The notes beneath the pieces were generated by a model, which did no database searches, was not told where the DNA came from, and worked only from the letters and a program-made list of their open reading frames with translations. Source: Poseidonia sp. (GTDB taxonomy: Archaea; Thermoplasmatota; Poseidoniia; Poseidoniales; Poseidoniaceae). From it: a stretch of 64,000 bases of DNA. Location of the stretch: assembly GCA_038148515.1 (NCBI GenBank), contig JAYQVP010000002.1:166537-230536 (forward strand). The letters run 5' to 3'. Shown here piece by piece: positions 37,525-46,847 of the stretch. Both the position numbers and the translations under genes were made by a program. Position 1 is the stretch's first letter, and every line of letters starts with the position of its first letter.

Positions 37525-38192
37525 CGGACCATCTCCTCAACCAATTCATTGTCCACCACGCGCCATATCCGATTAGCGACCTGGGTGGCCAATTCCTCGT
37601 GATGCTCCACCATCACCATCGCTGAATTTTGGGCTTCAATTGCGTGACGAACGGTTCGCATCACAATGTCAACGTTGTCATCGTCCAATTCACCGAGGAA
37701 CTCGTCGGCCAGCACCAATCTTGGGCGCTGTGCGACTGTTTTGGCAGTCGCCACCCGGCGTTGTTGTCCACCCGAGAGAATGCGAACGGGTTGTTCGGCG
37801 AGGTCGTGGATGCCCAAATCCTCCATGGCCCGTTCGGCATACCGTCGTTGCCTCGCAGGAACTGGAAAGAAGGGCGGGTACCACGCTGACAGGCCAGCCC
37901 GTGTGCCCATCTCCACGTTGGTGCGAACCGAACTGTTGCCCACCAACCCCAGGCGTTGTGGGATGTATCCCAACCCACCTCGGGAAGGGACACCCAATTC
38001 CACCTCGCCCGAAAGAGGGCGCACCAACCCTGCAATGGTCCGCAAGAGCGTGGTCTTGCCGATACCCGATGGGCCCAAAACAGCGATGACATCGCCGGCT
38101 ACGATTTCCACGTTGATGTCTCGAATAAGCGGTTCATCGTACCCGATGGTCACATCGTGCAGGTGGGCCAATACTTCGTCCATCGGCATCAC
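37521..38192 (-). CDS. phnC: phosphonate ABC transporter ATP-binding protein
   Basis: Walker A 'GPSGIGKTT', signature 'LSGGQQRRV', and Walker B 'LVLADE'. Confidence 0.8.
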   Translation of the reverse strand: MMPMDEVLAHLHDVTIGYDEPLIRDINVEIVAGDVIAVLGPSGIGKTTLLRTIAGLVRPLSGEVELGVPSRGGLGYIPQRLGLVGNSSVRTNVEMGTRAGLSAWYPPFFPVPARQRRYAERAMEDLGIHDLAEQPVRILSGGQQRRVATAKTVAQRPRLVLADEFLGELDDDNVDIVMRTVRHAIEAQNSAMVMVEHHEELATQVANRIWRVVDNELVEEMVR

Positions 38193-39220
38193 GCTTCGCT
38201 GTACTGTTCGTTGAAGTATCCGGTGATGCCTGGCACATGCTGAATTAACGCTGCATAGGAGCCAAGATGGGTCTGTGACGTGGTTTCAACCAATCCCTGT
38301 GTGTTGAGAATGTTGGCGAGGATAGACCGTCCCTCATCGGTGGTGTTGAGGGCGAGGAAGGCTTGCACCAAGGCTTCACGGTCAGCGTTGCTCACCGAGT
38401 CCGGCTGATACATCAGCGGGTGAGTAGGGGCCTGACCAAAGGCAGGTAGCGGGATGTACGCCTCTCGGTCCAAGCACCAAGATGCGCGTTCCGCATCATC
38501 CGTTGCGCAGTAACTGTCAACCGATGTATCCTTGACAAACGCAACCGAACCCTCGCCTTCGGAAAGGCAACGCAAAGCGCCACCGTATCCGTAGTACAAT
38601 GTTCCTGACTCAGGAATGACGGCGTCGGGCGAAAAATGATTGAAAATCGTTGAACGAAGCGATTCAATGTCCTCCACATCCCCCACCACGTCCGCGTAGC
38701 CCTGCCCGATGAAATACCCCATAGGGATGAGCATGCCAGCAGATTTCAGCCACCCTGTATGGCAGGTGACGGAACCTGCCAGGACTTCGAAGGGGTCAGT
38801 GGCATCGTCGCCGTCCGTCGCTGCGCGACCGGCTTCGCTATCGTTGAGTACCCATGCTTGAGCTTCGTAATACGTTCGTCCGTCGGCATGGGTGTTGGCC
38901 ATCATGGCTTCCAACCCGTACTGCTGCCAACCCATCCATGCCGCACCACCATCAAGGAAGGCCATGTCCGCACTCCCGAAACGCAAGGCTTCCAACGCCA
39001 ACGTGTCGGAGGTGATGGCATACAATTCAACATTCAAACCGGTCGCCTCGCTGAGATATGTGGCGAGGCGTTGGGGGTTTTCGTCGAATGCATCGTAGTC
39101 GTCTTTGACAGAGAAGGCGATCCGAATCACATCCTCCTCTTCGCCTCCGAGACATCCGCTGAACCCCACACTGATCACCATAAGAGCCATCAGGAAGCAA
39201 CGGGATTTTCGCCGGTTCAA
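38189..39220 (-). CDS. phnD: phosphonate ABC transporter substrate-binding lipoprotein
   Basis: Lipobox 'FSGC', a PhnD-like periplasmic binding fold, and a TTG start. First gene of the phnDCE operon. Confidence 0.7.
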   Translation of the reverse strand: MNRRKSRCFLMALMVISVGFSGCLGGEEEDVIRIAFSVKDDYDAFDENPQRLATYLSEATGLNVELYAITSDTLALEALRFGSADMAFLDGGAAWMGWQQYGLEAMMANTHADGRTYYEAQAWVLNDSEAGRAATDGDDATDPFEVLAGSVTCHTGWLKSAGMLIPMGYFIGQGYADVVGDVEDIESLRSTIFNHFSPDAVIPESGTLYYGYGGALRCLSEGEGSVAFVKDTSVDSYCATDDAERASWCLDREAYIPLPAFGQAPTHPLMYQPDSVSNADREALVQAFLALNTTDEGRSILANILNTQGLVETTSQTHLGSYAALIQHVPGITGYFNEQYSEA

Positions 39221-39251
39221 GGGGGTTCACATCCTCCCGCAGGGCAGCGGT

Positions 39252-39305
39252 TTAGGTCACCCGAAAAATCCACCGGATTTAATTATTTAGGCCACCCGAA
39301 AAATC
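39252..39305. repeat. two 19-nt direct repeats (TTAGGYCACCCGAAAAATC) spaced 35 nt apart, flanking an AT-rich TATA-like core
   Basis: Copies at 39252-39270 and 39287-39305 with 1 mismatch. They sit between the tRNA-Gln 3' end and the phnD start. Each contains A5/T5, a possible tRNA terminator. Confidence 0.5.
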
Positions 39306-39324
39306 TGTCATACCAAGCAGAAGG

Positions 39325-39397
39325 TAGTCCCTCCCGGATTCGAACCGAGGTCGGAGGAACCAGAATCCTCCATGATGGACCGCTACACTAAGGGACT
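39325..39397 (-). tRNA. tRNA-Gln (anticodon CUG)
   Basis: Minus-strand cloverleaf. Acceptor AGTCCCT/AGGGACT, anticodon stem GAGGA/TCCTC with loop TTCTGGT, T-arm CTCGG-TTCGAAT-CCGGG, discriminator A. The 3' CC is partly encoded but no full CCA, which is an archaeal-type Gln tRNA. Confidence 0.85.
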
Positions 39398-39448
39398 GTA
39401 GCCGTGCCAAACATCAAGGCCTCTTCAAAGCAACGGTGATGCCGTCCC

Positions 39449-39643
39449 TCATACGGTGGCAAAGCGAAAGAGGACTTTGGAGACCCACGAGAGCATCATG
39501 ATGATCATGAACGAGGCAAGAGCGTACTTCGCCCATGGGCGAGCCGGTTTGGTTTCGGGCCACAGGTCAATACCCATCGCTTCGGCTTGGGCGATCAGGT
39601 CAGCCATCTCGGCGAGGTGCTCCTCCACCGAATCATGGGTCAT
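39449..39643 (-). CDS. small tail-anchored membrane protein (hypothetical)
   Basis: 64 aa from an internal ATG, with a C-terminal TM 'YALASFMIIMMLSWVSKVLF'. Weakly supported. Confidence 0.3.
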   Translation of the reverse strand: MTHDSVEEHLAEMADLIAQAEAMGIDLWPETKPARPWAKYALASFMIIMMLSWVSKVLFRFATV

Positions 39644-39750
39644 GGAGTGAACTTTGAACCGATTTATTTCAATCGTTCGTTGTACATCCGCCCTGTGATG
39701 GCATCCGAGTGAACACAAGCCTTTGAAACCACATTGGAGGTCCTCCCGAC

Positions 39751-41262
39751 ATGAGTGAAGTGCCTGAGGGCGTCGTCATGAACGTGGCGGGGCGCGGTCC
39801 ACCCCGGCCCACTGCCACGATGACCTTGACTCGAGACGGGCCTGATGGGGTGGAAGTGTTTCTTGGTCTGCGATCGCCAACCATGCGCGCCTTCCCCCAC
39901 TATTGGGCATTTCCGGGGGGTGGTGTGTCCAAGGTTGACCACGCTGCGGTTGATGCCATTGAGGCCCTTGCAGGCCCAGAAGCCGCGTCAGTGGCCTGCA
40001 TTTTGCGTGAAATGACAGAAGAATTGGGCGTGTTGCCCAACGGTCACGGCCTCGATGCGGTTCCGATGGATGCCCGAGCCGCCGTCATTCAAGACAAAAC
40101 ACAGTGGTTGGGTTTGGCCTCCAGCAATGCCTTTCCGGTGGACCGTTCGGGGGTGAAAACCCTCTCGCATCGGATAACACCGCCGTTTGGTCCCGTCCAA
40201 TTTGACAACGCCTTCCACCACCTTCACGCGGGCTCGTGGCAAGAGACGCCAGACATTGACCTCGAGCCCCAAACGGAATTCATCGACATGATGTGGGGTC
40301 GTCCAAAGGACATCCTCGCTCGCTGGAAGGCCCATGAGATCAAGGTGGCGCCGCCGGTTGTCACTTTGCTGATGGAAATTGAACGGACCCTTGATGCCTG
40401 CAACCGCGATATGGTCGCTGCTGCTGACGATATCGCCGCTCGCTTGCCAGGGCGGCGCTCGATTCTCTTCGCCCATGGGGTTGAAGTCGTTCCCATCAAG
40501 ACTGCAACCTTGCCGCCGGCCGACCACACGAATGCCTACCTCGTGGGGGACCCGGAAGGTGATTTCGTTTTGGTGGACCCCGCAGTGCGAATGCGCGAGG
40601 ACATGGAGGCACTGGCAGCGGCGGTTGAGCGTCATCATGGCCGATTGGTTGCCGTGGTCTTCACCCACAGTCACAGCGACCATCTTGCCGATATGGCGTT
40701 GCTCAAGGAGGCATTCAATGCACCTATTTGGGGCAGCGAACACACCTCGAGGGCCGTTCAATGCGACCGGATATTGCACGACGGAGACCGACTCAAACTG
40801 GGATCACAGACATGGGAGGTACTCATCACACCCGGTCACCATCCCGGCCATGTCTGCTTGTTGGGCGAGGCTGGCCTCGTGGCTGGCGATATGCTCGCCG
40901 GCATCGGCACCATCCTGATTCCACCTCACACTGGCAACATGAACACCTACATGGAACAACTTCAGCGTTTGAAGGCGCTCAAGCCTCACTTGGTGTTCCC
41001 AAGCCACGGACCAGTGGTGGCGATGCCAGACCGCCTGATTCAGCACTACATCTCCCACCGACAAGCCCGCCATGAGCGTGTCCTTGTTGCGGTTCGGGAC
41101 GGCCACAGCGATCTTGGAGCCATCGCAACAGAGGCGTACAAGGACACCCCTGATGCCCACCCCGGCTTGGCGGTCGATCAAACGCTTGCCCATCTCTTGG
41201 CTCACCAAGAACACGGGCTTGTCATCAACCAGGACGGCCAATGGATGCTGAAGGGGGACTGA
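39751..41262 (+). CDS. NUDIX hydrolase fused to metallo-beta-lactamase-fold hydrolase
   Basis: Nudix box 'ACILREMTEELGV' in the N-terminal half. The C-terminal half carries MBL 'HSHSDH' and 'HGPV' motifs. Confidence 0.75.
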   Translation: MSEVPEGVVMNVAGRGPPRPTATMTLTRDGPDGVEVFLGLRSPTMRAFPHYWAFPGGGVSKVDHAAVDAIEALAGPEAASVACILREMTEELGVLPNGHGLDAVPMDARAAVIQDKTQWLGLASSNAFPVDRSGVKTLSHRITPPFGPVQFDNAFHHLHAGSWQETPDIDLEPQTEFIDMMWGRPKDILARWKAHEIKVAPPVVTLLMEIERTLDACNRDMVAAADDIAARLPGRRSILFAHGVEVVPIKTATLPPADHTNAYLVGDPEGDFVLVDPAVRMREDMEALAAAVERHHGRLVAVVFTHSHSDHLADMALLKEAFNAPIWGSEHTSRAVQCDRILHDGDRLKLGSQTWEVLITPGHHPGHVCLLGEAGLVAGDMLAGIGTILIPPHTGNMNTYMEQLQRLKALKPHLVFPSHGPVVAMPDRLIQHYISHRQARHERVLVAVRDGHSDLGAIATEAYKDTPDAHPGLAVDQTLAHLLAHQEHGLVINQDGQWMLKGD

Positions 41263-41264
41263 AC

Positions 41265-42287
41265 ATGGAACGAAAAGTGGTCATTACCAAAGCCGGTGGC
41301 GTCAAGTGCATCCGGACCGAACCCATGGAAACGCCCGTACCTGCAAAGGGCGAGGTCAGGGTTCGTGTTGCTTATGCCGGCATCAATTTCGCCGACCTGT
41401 TGATGAGGTTGGGCTTCTACAACCCTCGCCCCCCGTACCCGTTTACCCCCGGCTACGAAGTCAGCGGAGTCATCGACGCCTTGGGCCCGGACGTCACTCA
41501 ATTTGAGGTCGGACAACGCGTGGTGGCAGCGATGCGTCACGGTGGTCAAGCCAGCTGTGTGCTCGCACCCGTGGACCGAGTCATTGCGCTGCCTGATGCC
41601 ATTCCATTGGATGTGGCGGCAGCAACGCCCGTCACCTACCTCACGGCGCATCACATGCTTCACCATCTGGGCCATCTTCGTTCGGACGACACTGTATTGA
41701 TTCACGGTGGGGCTGGAGGTGTTGGGACAGCTGCCCTGCAATTGTGCCGTTGGGCAGGGGTGGAAAAGGTCTGGGCAACATCCTCGAAAAGCAAACACGA
41801 CATCATCACCTCCTACGGCGCACGGCCCATCGACCGCCACAGCGAGGACTTTGCCGCTATCGTGAAAGCGGAAACAGAGGGGCGAGGTGTTGACCATATC
41901 CTCGATCCCATCGGTGGGGATCACCTTCGTCGGAGTTTGAGTGTACTTGCAGAGGGCGGAAGGTTGTACACCTACGGGCTTTCAGCGGCCGCCCCTACTG
42001 GAAAACGGTCACTGCTCAGGGCGGTCATCGCCTTGCGAAAATCGCCAAAATTCGACCCGCTGAAATTGATGATGCGAAACCGTTCGGTCGTCGGCGTACA
42101 CATGGGGACGTGGGGAGACGAAGCGGTGATGCATGCCCAACTGGAACGAATCGTGGAGGGCATCACCCAGGGGCACCTTGCACCCGTAATCGACCGAATT
42201 TTCCCGGCAGAGGACGTGCAGGACGCCCACCAACACCTTCACGATGCCAAGAATGTTGGAAAGGTACTCCTTTCCTTTGACCCGTGA
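41265..42287 (+). CDS. NADPH:quinone oxidoreductase / zinc-type alcohol dehydrogenase superfamily (MDR)
   Basis: 'VRVAYAGINFADL' and 'GGAGGVGTAALQL'. Start at the internal ATG, 2 nt after the upstream stop. Confidence 0.8.
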   Translation: MERKVVITKAGGVKCIRTEPMETPVPAKGEVRVRVAYAGINFADLLMRLGFYNPRPPYPFTPGYEVSGVIDALGPDVTQFEVGQRVVAAMRHGGQASCVLAPVDRVIALPDAIPLDVAAATPVTYLTAHHMLHHLGHLRSDDTVLIHGGAGGVGTAALQLCRWAGVEKVWATSSKSKHDIITSYGARPIDRHSEDFAAIVKAETEGRGVDHILDPIGGDHLRRSLSVLAEGGRLYTYGLSAAAPTGKRSLLRAVIALRKSPKFDPLKLMMRNRSVVGVHMGTWGDEAVMHAQLERIVEGITQGHLAPVIDRIFPAEDVQDAHQHLHDAKNVGKVLLSFDP

Positions 42288-42370
42288 ACCGTTTTCGTTT
42301 CATGGCTTCCTGAAACCTTCATCACACCTCGGTGCCTCGCCTTGATGCGGGTGAGTGCTTGAAGAAGGCG

Positions 42371-44524
42371 ATGTCGGGATTTGACCTTCGCGTGATGGCG
42401 CGAGAGTTGGATGCTCTGAGCGGAGCCTACATCAAGAAAGCCTACATGCCTCATTACGAGCAAATCGTGCTCCGTCTCAATCCAAAAGAGGCCGACCAGC
42501 GCGACCTCGTGTTCGTCAGAGGCGAGCGTATCTACACCTCACAACGGGACCGCCCGATGCCAATGACGCCACCCCCGTTCGCCATGGTGTTGCGCAAACA
42601 TCTGCGAAACGCTCGTTTAACCAGCGTGAAACAATTGGGGTTCGATCGCGTCTTGGTCTTTGCCTTTGACACCAAAAACGGTCAACGCTCCTTGTATGTG
42701 GAGGTGTTTCGGGACGGCAACATCATTCTGGTCGACGAGGAGGGCGTCATCATTCAACCTTTGACCCATGCTTCCTATGCCGGTCGAGTGCTGAAAAAAG
42801 GGCATCCCTATGTATCGCCCCCGGCCGCTACCAATCCCTACGAATTGGACGAAAGGGCTTTGCAGGATGTCTTTGACGAGTCCGACCGGGACTTGGTCTC
42901 GACCTTGGGTGGAAAGATCAACCTCGGTTCCACACACGCTAACGCAGTGTGTGCCTTGGCTGCGCACGAACCCAATTCGCCAACCGGTGAAGCGGATGTG
43001 ACCAAAATTTTCGCAGCCCTTCGCTCGCTGCTCAAGCAACTCGATGAAACGCAGGAAGCCCACCTTTTGTTGAAACTCGAGGCAGACGACGGTCCAGATT
43101 GGGAGAAGAGGTTGGAGGGCATGGAACACGGCCAACGGCAAGCATGGTTGTCGCAACGGGGTCACGAAGTTTCGCCAATTCTTCTTCCGCAACATGAGGC
43201 AATGCCCTATGTAAGCATATCTTCACTTTGCGAAGCCATCGATGTCTGGAAGGGGGTTCACGACGCTCACGCCCTGCAACGTCGCGAAGAGGAGCAGGTG
43301 GAACAAACCGGCCCGGGACGGGGGCAATCCACCGAAGTTGAGCGCCTCGAGCGCCGAAAGCAACAACAGGAACAAGCCCTTTCGGGATTCAATGAAAAAA
43401 TCGAGAACCAGCAACGATTGGGGCATGACATCCAGCAGCATTGGAGTCATGTCGAGGGGCTTCTCGCCCAAACCAACGAAGCCGTGGCTCGCGACGGTTG
43501 GTCCGCCGTCAAGAAGGCGATCGGCGAAATCGTGTGGATTTCAAGCGTCTCCCCCGCGGATCGAACCATCAACGCTGTTCTGCCGGATGACGAAGGCCAA
43601 CCGAATGGTGCGAAGGTCATGTTGGAACTGGACGCCACCGTTCATCAGAACGCCCAACGTTATTTTGAGGCGGCACGCAAGCAGAAAAACAAGATCTCCG
43701 GAGCGGTCGCCGCCCTTGAGGAAACAGAACGGAAACTCAAGCGTGCTCGGAAAAACGAAGAAAAACAAAAAGCGAGCGGAAAACTCAATCGCTTGAAACG
43801 CAGCAAGCGTATGTGGTTCGAGCAACACCGATGGGGCATGGTTGATGGCGGCCATCTGATCATCGGCGGAAAAGACGCAAAAGGCAACGACGCCGTCGTG
43901 AAAAAGCACCTCTCTGGCGACGACATGTACCTGCACGCCGACCTGCACGGTGCACCCTCCTGCAGCCTTCGCTCCAAACAGGGCTTCGTCATCGAAGAGC
44001 GTCGGCCAGCCCACCTACCTGCCGACATTCCGGCCTACAAACTCGTTGACATCTTACCCGATGCAACATTGGATGCGATGAAATTGGAACAAGGTGCCGT
44101 TCTCGCCCTTTCATGGAGTCGGGCCTGGAACGGAGGAGGTGCTCATGGCACGGTCTATAGCGTTAAACCAGCGCAAGTATCCAAGTCAGCACAGACCGGA
44201 GAATTCGTTGGAAAGGGAGCTTTTGTTATTCGGGGACAGCGGACGTGGTACAAAGACTTGGACGTCAAGATTGGCATAGGTTTGGTCGCCATCAACGGCG
44301 TACCGCTGGTGGTTTCAGGGACGCCGAATTTCATTCAGTCGACCTGCCCTCGTCACGCCATACTGATGCCAGGTCAAACGAAAAAAGAACAACTTGCCAA
44401 CACCATTTACAAAGCGACGGGATTGTCCACCGACGACCTTCTTTCGGTGATTCCCGGAGCCTGCGATGTGGTCTCGCAATACGGCATGCTCACGCCCCCT
44501 GCCTCAACGGAGGAAGAAGAATGA
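42371..44524 (+). CDS. NFACT-family protein (archaeal Rqc2/NEMF/FbpA homolog)
   Basis: 'MSGFDLRVMARELDAL...IVLRL' is NFACT-N, followed by a coiled-coil middle and NFACT-R. Start at ATG 42371 within the GTG-initiated ORF. Confidence 0.75.
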   Translation: MSGFDLRVMARELDALSGAYIKKAYMPHYEQIVLRLNPKEADQRDLVFVRGERIYTSQRDRPMPMTPPPFAMVLRKHLRNARLTSVKQLGFDRVLVFAFDTKNGQRSLYVEVFRDGNIILVDEEGVIIQPLTHASYAGRVLKKGHPYVSPPAATNPYELDERALQDVFDESDRDLVSTLGGKINLGSTHANAVCALAAHEPNSPTGEADVTKIFAALRSLLKQLDETQEAHLLLKLEADDGPDWEKRLEGMEHGQRQAWLSQRGHEVSPILLPQHEAMPYVSISSLCEAIDVWKGVHDAHALQRREEEQVEQTGPGRGQSTEVERLERRKQQQEQALSGFNEKIENQQRLGHDIQQHWSHVEGLLAQTNEAVARDGWSAVKKAIGEIVWISSVSPADRTINAVLPDDEGQPNGAKVMLELDATVHQNAQRYFEAARKQKNKISGAVAALEETERKLKRARKNEEKQKASGKLNRLKRSKRMWFEQHRWGMVDGGHLIIGGKDAKGNDAVVKKHLSGDDMYLHADLHGAPSCSLRSKQGFVIEERRPAHLPADIPAYKLVDILPDATLDAMKLEQGAVLALSWSRAWNGGGAHGTVYSVKPAQVSKSAQTGEFVGKGAFVIRGQRTWYKDLDVKIGIGLVAINGVPLVVSGTPNFIQSTCPRHAILMPGQTKKEQLANTIYKATGLSTDDLLSVIPGACDVVSQYGMLTPPASTEEEE

Positions 44525-45162
44525 ACCCCGATGAACCCTCCAGTGCCGCCATGTGGAACCAACGTTTTGCACCCGATGCCTACGCTTACGGCACCGCGCC
44601 CAATCAATGGCTCAAAGAGCGCATTGAAGCATTGCCGTTACCCGACACTCCCCTTGCCTTGTTTCCAGCAGATGGCGAAGGGAGAAACGCCGTGTGGGCA
44701 GCCACGCAAGGCTGGGATGCCGAAGTGTTTGACCTGTCCGAGGAAGGGGCGAAGAAATGCCAACGTCTCGCCGACCAGCACAAGGTGAGTGTGGTTTACG
44801 AGGTGGACGATTTGGTGCGGCGATCATTTCCATCTCACCGCTACTCGCTAATTGCCTGCTCTTGGTTCCACACACCACCTGCTGTTCGCAAGAAGCACAT
44901 GCCACGCATGCTTCACGGTTTGAAGGAAGGCGGGCACTTTGTGATGGAAGGGTACCACACCTCGCAATTGGGACGAAGCAGCGGTGGACCCAAGTCGCTA
45001 CCGTTGTTGTTTGACCTTAATGAAGTGCTCAACGAATTGAACGGTCCACTCGCGCCTGACCTGAAGGTTCTATACGCCGAGGTCGAGGAAACCGTGTTGG
45101 ATGAGTCCGATTTGCACCGAGGGCCGGCAATGGTTGTTCGCATTCACCTCGTTCGAGTGTGA
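44521..45162 (+). CDS. class I SAM-dependent methyltransferase
   Basis: The 213-aa version from ATG 44521 overlaps the NFACT stop (ATGA). 'LALFPADGEGRNAVWAA' is a motif-I-like site. Confidence 0.6.
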   Translation: MNPDEPSSAAMWNQRFAPDAYAYGTAPNQWLKERIEALPLPDTPLALFPADGEGRNAVWAATQGWDAEVFDLSEEGAKKCQRLADQHKVSVVYEVDDLVRRSFPSHRYSLIACSWFHTPPAVRKKHMPRMLHGLKEGGHFVMEGYHTSQLGRSSGGPKSLPLLFDLNEVLNELNGPLAPDLKVLYAEVEETVLDESDLHRGPAMVVRIHLVRV

Positions 45163-45242
45163 GTGTGCCGAACAACGTTGAGCGACCAAACCCACGGCGC
45201 AGTGAAGAAATGCTGATGGCAGGCCGATGGTTCCGATTCGCC

Positions 45243-45563
45243 ATGCGCCTCTACCACAACCCGCGTTGCTCCAAATCCCGCCAGGCCCTCGCTCTGTTGG
45301 AGCAGCGAGGAGTGGACGTACAAGTCGTCCGCTACCTCGAAGACGGGATCTCCGAAGAGGACCTTCGCTTGCTCGTGCAATTAGACGGCATTCTTCGTCG
45401 AAACGACATGACGGTGGAAGAAAAAGCAGCCTTGGATGAAGGGACGGATGTCGCAGTGATGCTGCGCTCGAACCCAGCGTTGTTGCAACGACCTGTGTTG
45501 ATTCACAACGGAAAGGCGGTCATCGGCCGTCCGCCCGAGGACATTCTCGCCCTTCTAGATTGA
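45243..45563 (+). CDS. ArsC/Spx-family thiol reductase-like protein
   Basis: 'MRLYHNPRCSKSR' is the ArsC-family N-terminal CxxS motif. An alternative longer start at 45159 overlaps the upstream stop. Confidence 0.6.
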   Translation: MRLYHNPRCSKSRQALALLEQRGVDVQVVRYLEDGISEEDLRLLVQLDGILRRNDMTVEEKAALDEGTDVAVMLRSNPALLQRPVLIHNGKAVIGRPPEDILALLD

Positions 45564-45573
45564 ATCCACCGAA

Positions 45574-46767
45574 TCAGGGTCGCTTGACATACATGGCAAC
45601 GGCGTTGCCACCGCCCAAACACAGCGTCACAATGCCGGATTTGGCGTCCGTTCGTCGCATCACGCCCAGCATCGTGATCAGGCATCGGGTGCCGCTGGCT
45701 CCCAGGGGATGGCCGAGACTGACAGCCCCTCCGTGGAGGTTGAAACGGTCGTCAGGAATACCAACCTCTTGGGCGACCGCACACGAGGCTGAGGCAAAGG
45801 CCTCGTTGTGCTCGTAGACGTCGACGTCCAAGACATCGAGGGATTGGCGTTGGAGCAAGGCTTGAACAGCAGGGATAGGGGCGCTCATCACCCGAGCAGG
45901 TTCAACACCCGAGGTGCAATAATCTTCGATGGTGGCGATCACTTCCCAGCCTTGCTCGGCTGCGAAGGATGCATCGGCGACCAACACTGCACTGGCACCG
46001 TCGTTCAGGGTGCTCGCATTGCCTGCAGTCACCGAACCATTTCGGTCGAAAACCGGACGAAGGGCACCGAGGGATTCGGCCGTCGTACCCTTACGAACGC
46101 CTTCATCGGATGCGAGGACAATGGGGTCGCCACGGCGCTGGGGTATGGACACGGGAAACGTCTCCCAGTCGAACCAACCCTTCTCCCAGGCTTCGGCTGC
46201 TCGAGCCTGACTGCGGGCGGCGAAAGCGTCCATCGCTTCGCGGCTGATGTTGCACTCGTTGGCCACCGTTTCACCGGTTGTGCCCATGTGAACATCATTG
46301 TAGACGTCCCACAATCCGTCATGAATCATGGAGTCAACGAGTTTGGAATCCCCCATTTTCGTGCCCGTCCGCTGCCCCATCAACAGTTGTGGAGCGTTGC
46401 TCATGCTTTCCATGCCGCCGGCAACGATGACCTTGTGTTCACCTGCTCGGATGCTGTTGGCCGCCATCATCACGGCTTTGAGCGAGGAACCGCAGACCTT
46501 GTTGATGGTGACGCAAGGTGTGCTGACGGGCAATCCGGCTCCAAGTGCTACTTGTCGGGCTGGGTTTTGTCCAGCGCCGGCTTGCAACACCTGGCCGAAT
46601 ATCACCTCGTCGATCAGACCAGATTCGGCATCGATATTGGCCCGACGCAGCAATTCCTTCACCGTCGCAACCCCCAAATCCACGGCGCTAAGCGAGGAGA
46701 GGGTCCCGAGGAATTTGCCAATGGGCGTTCGTGCCACGGAGCAGATGACCGCTTGAGGTTGAGCCAT
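45574..46767 (-). CDS. acetyl-CoA C-acetyltransferase (thiolase II)
   Basis: 'VICSVARTPIGKF', 'NKVCGSSLKA', and C-terminal 'NLHGGAVSLGHPLGASG...LCLGGGNAVA'. Confidence 0.85.
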   Translation of the reverse strand: MAQPQAVICSVARTPIGKFLGTLSSLSAVDLGVATVKELLRRANIDAESGLIDEVIFGQVLQAGAGQNPARQVALGAGLPVSTPCVTINKVCGSSLKAVMMAANSIRAGEHKVIVAGGMESMSNAPQLLMGQRTGTKMGDSKLVDSMIHDGLWDVYNDVHMGTTGETVANECNISREAMDAFAARSQARAAEAWEKGWFDWETFPVSIPQRRGDPIVLASDEGVRKGTTAESLGALRPVFDRNGSVTAGNASTLNDGASAVLVADASFAAEQGWEVIATIEDYCTSGVEPARVMSAPIPAVQALLQRQSLDVLDVDVYEHNEAFASASCAVAQEVGIPDDRFNLHGGAVSLGHPLGASGTRCLITMLGVMRRTDAKSGIVTLCLGGGNAVAMYVKRP

Positions 46768-46847
46768 GCCCGAGCCACACTCACCTCGGTTTTGAACATG
46801 CGCCCGTGTCAGTGTGAGGGGTGAGAAGGCTTGATGAGGCCCACCCA

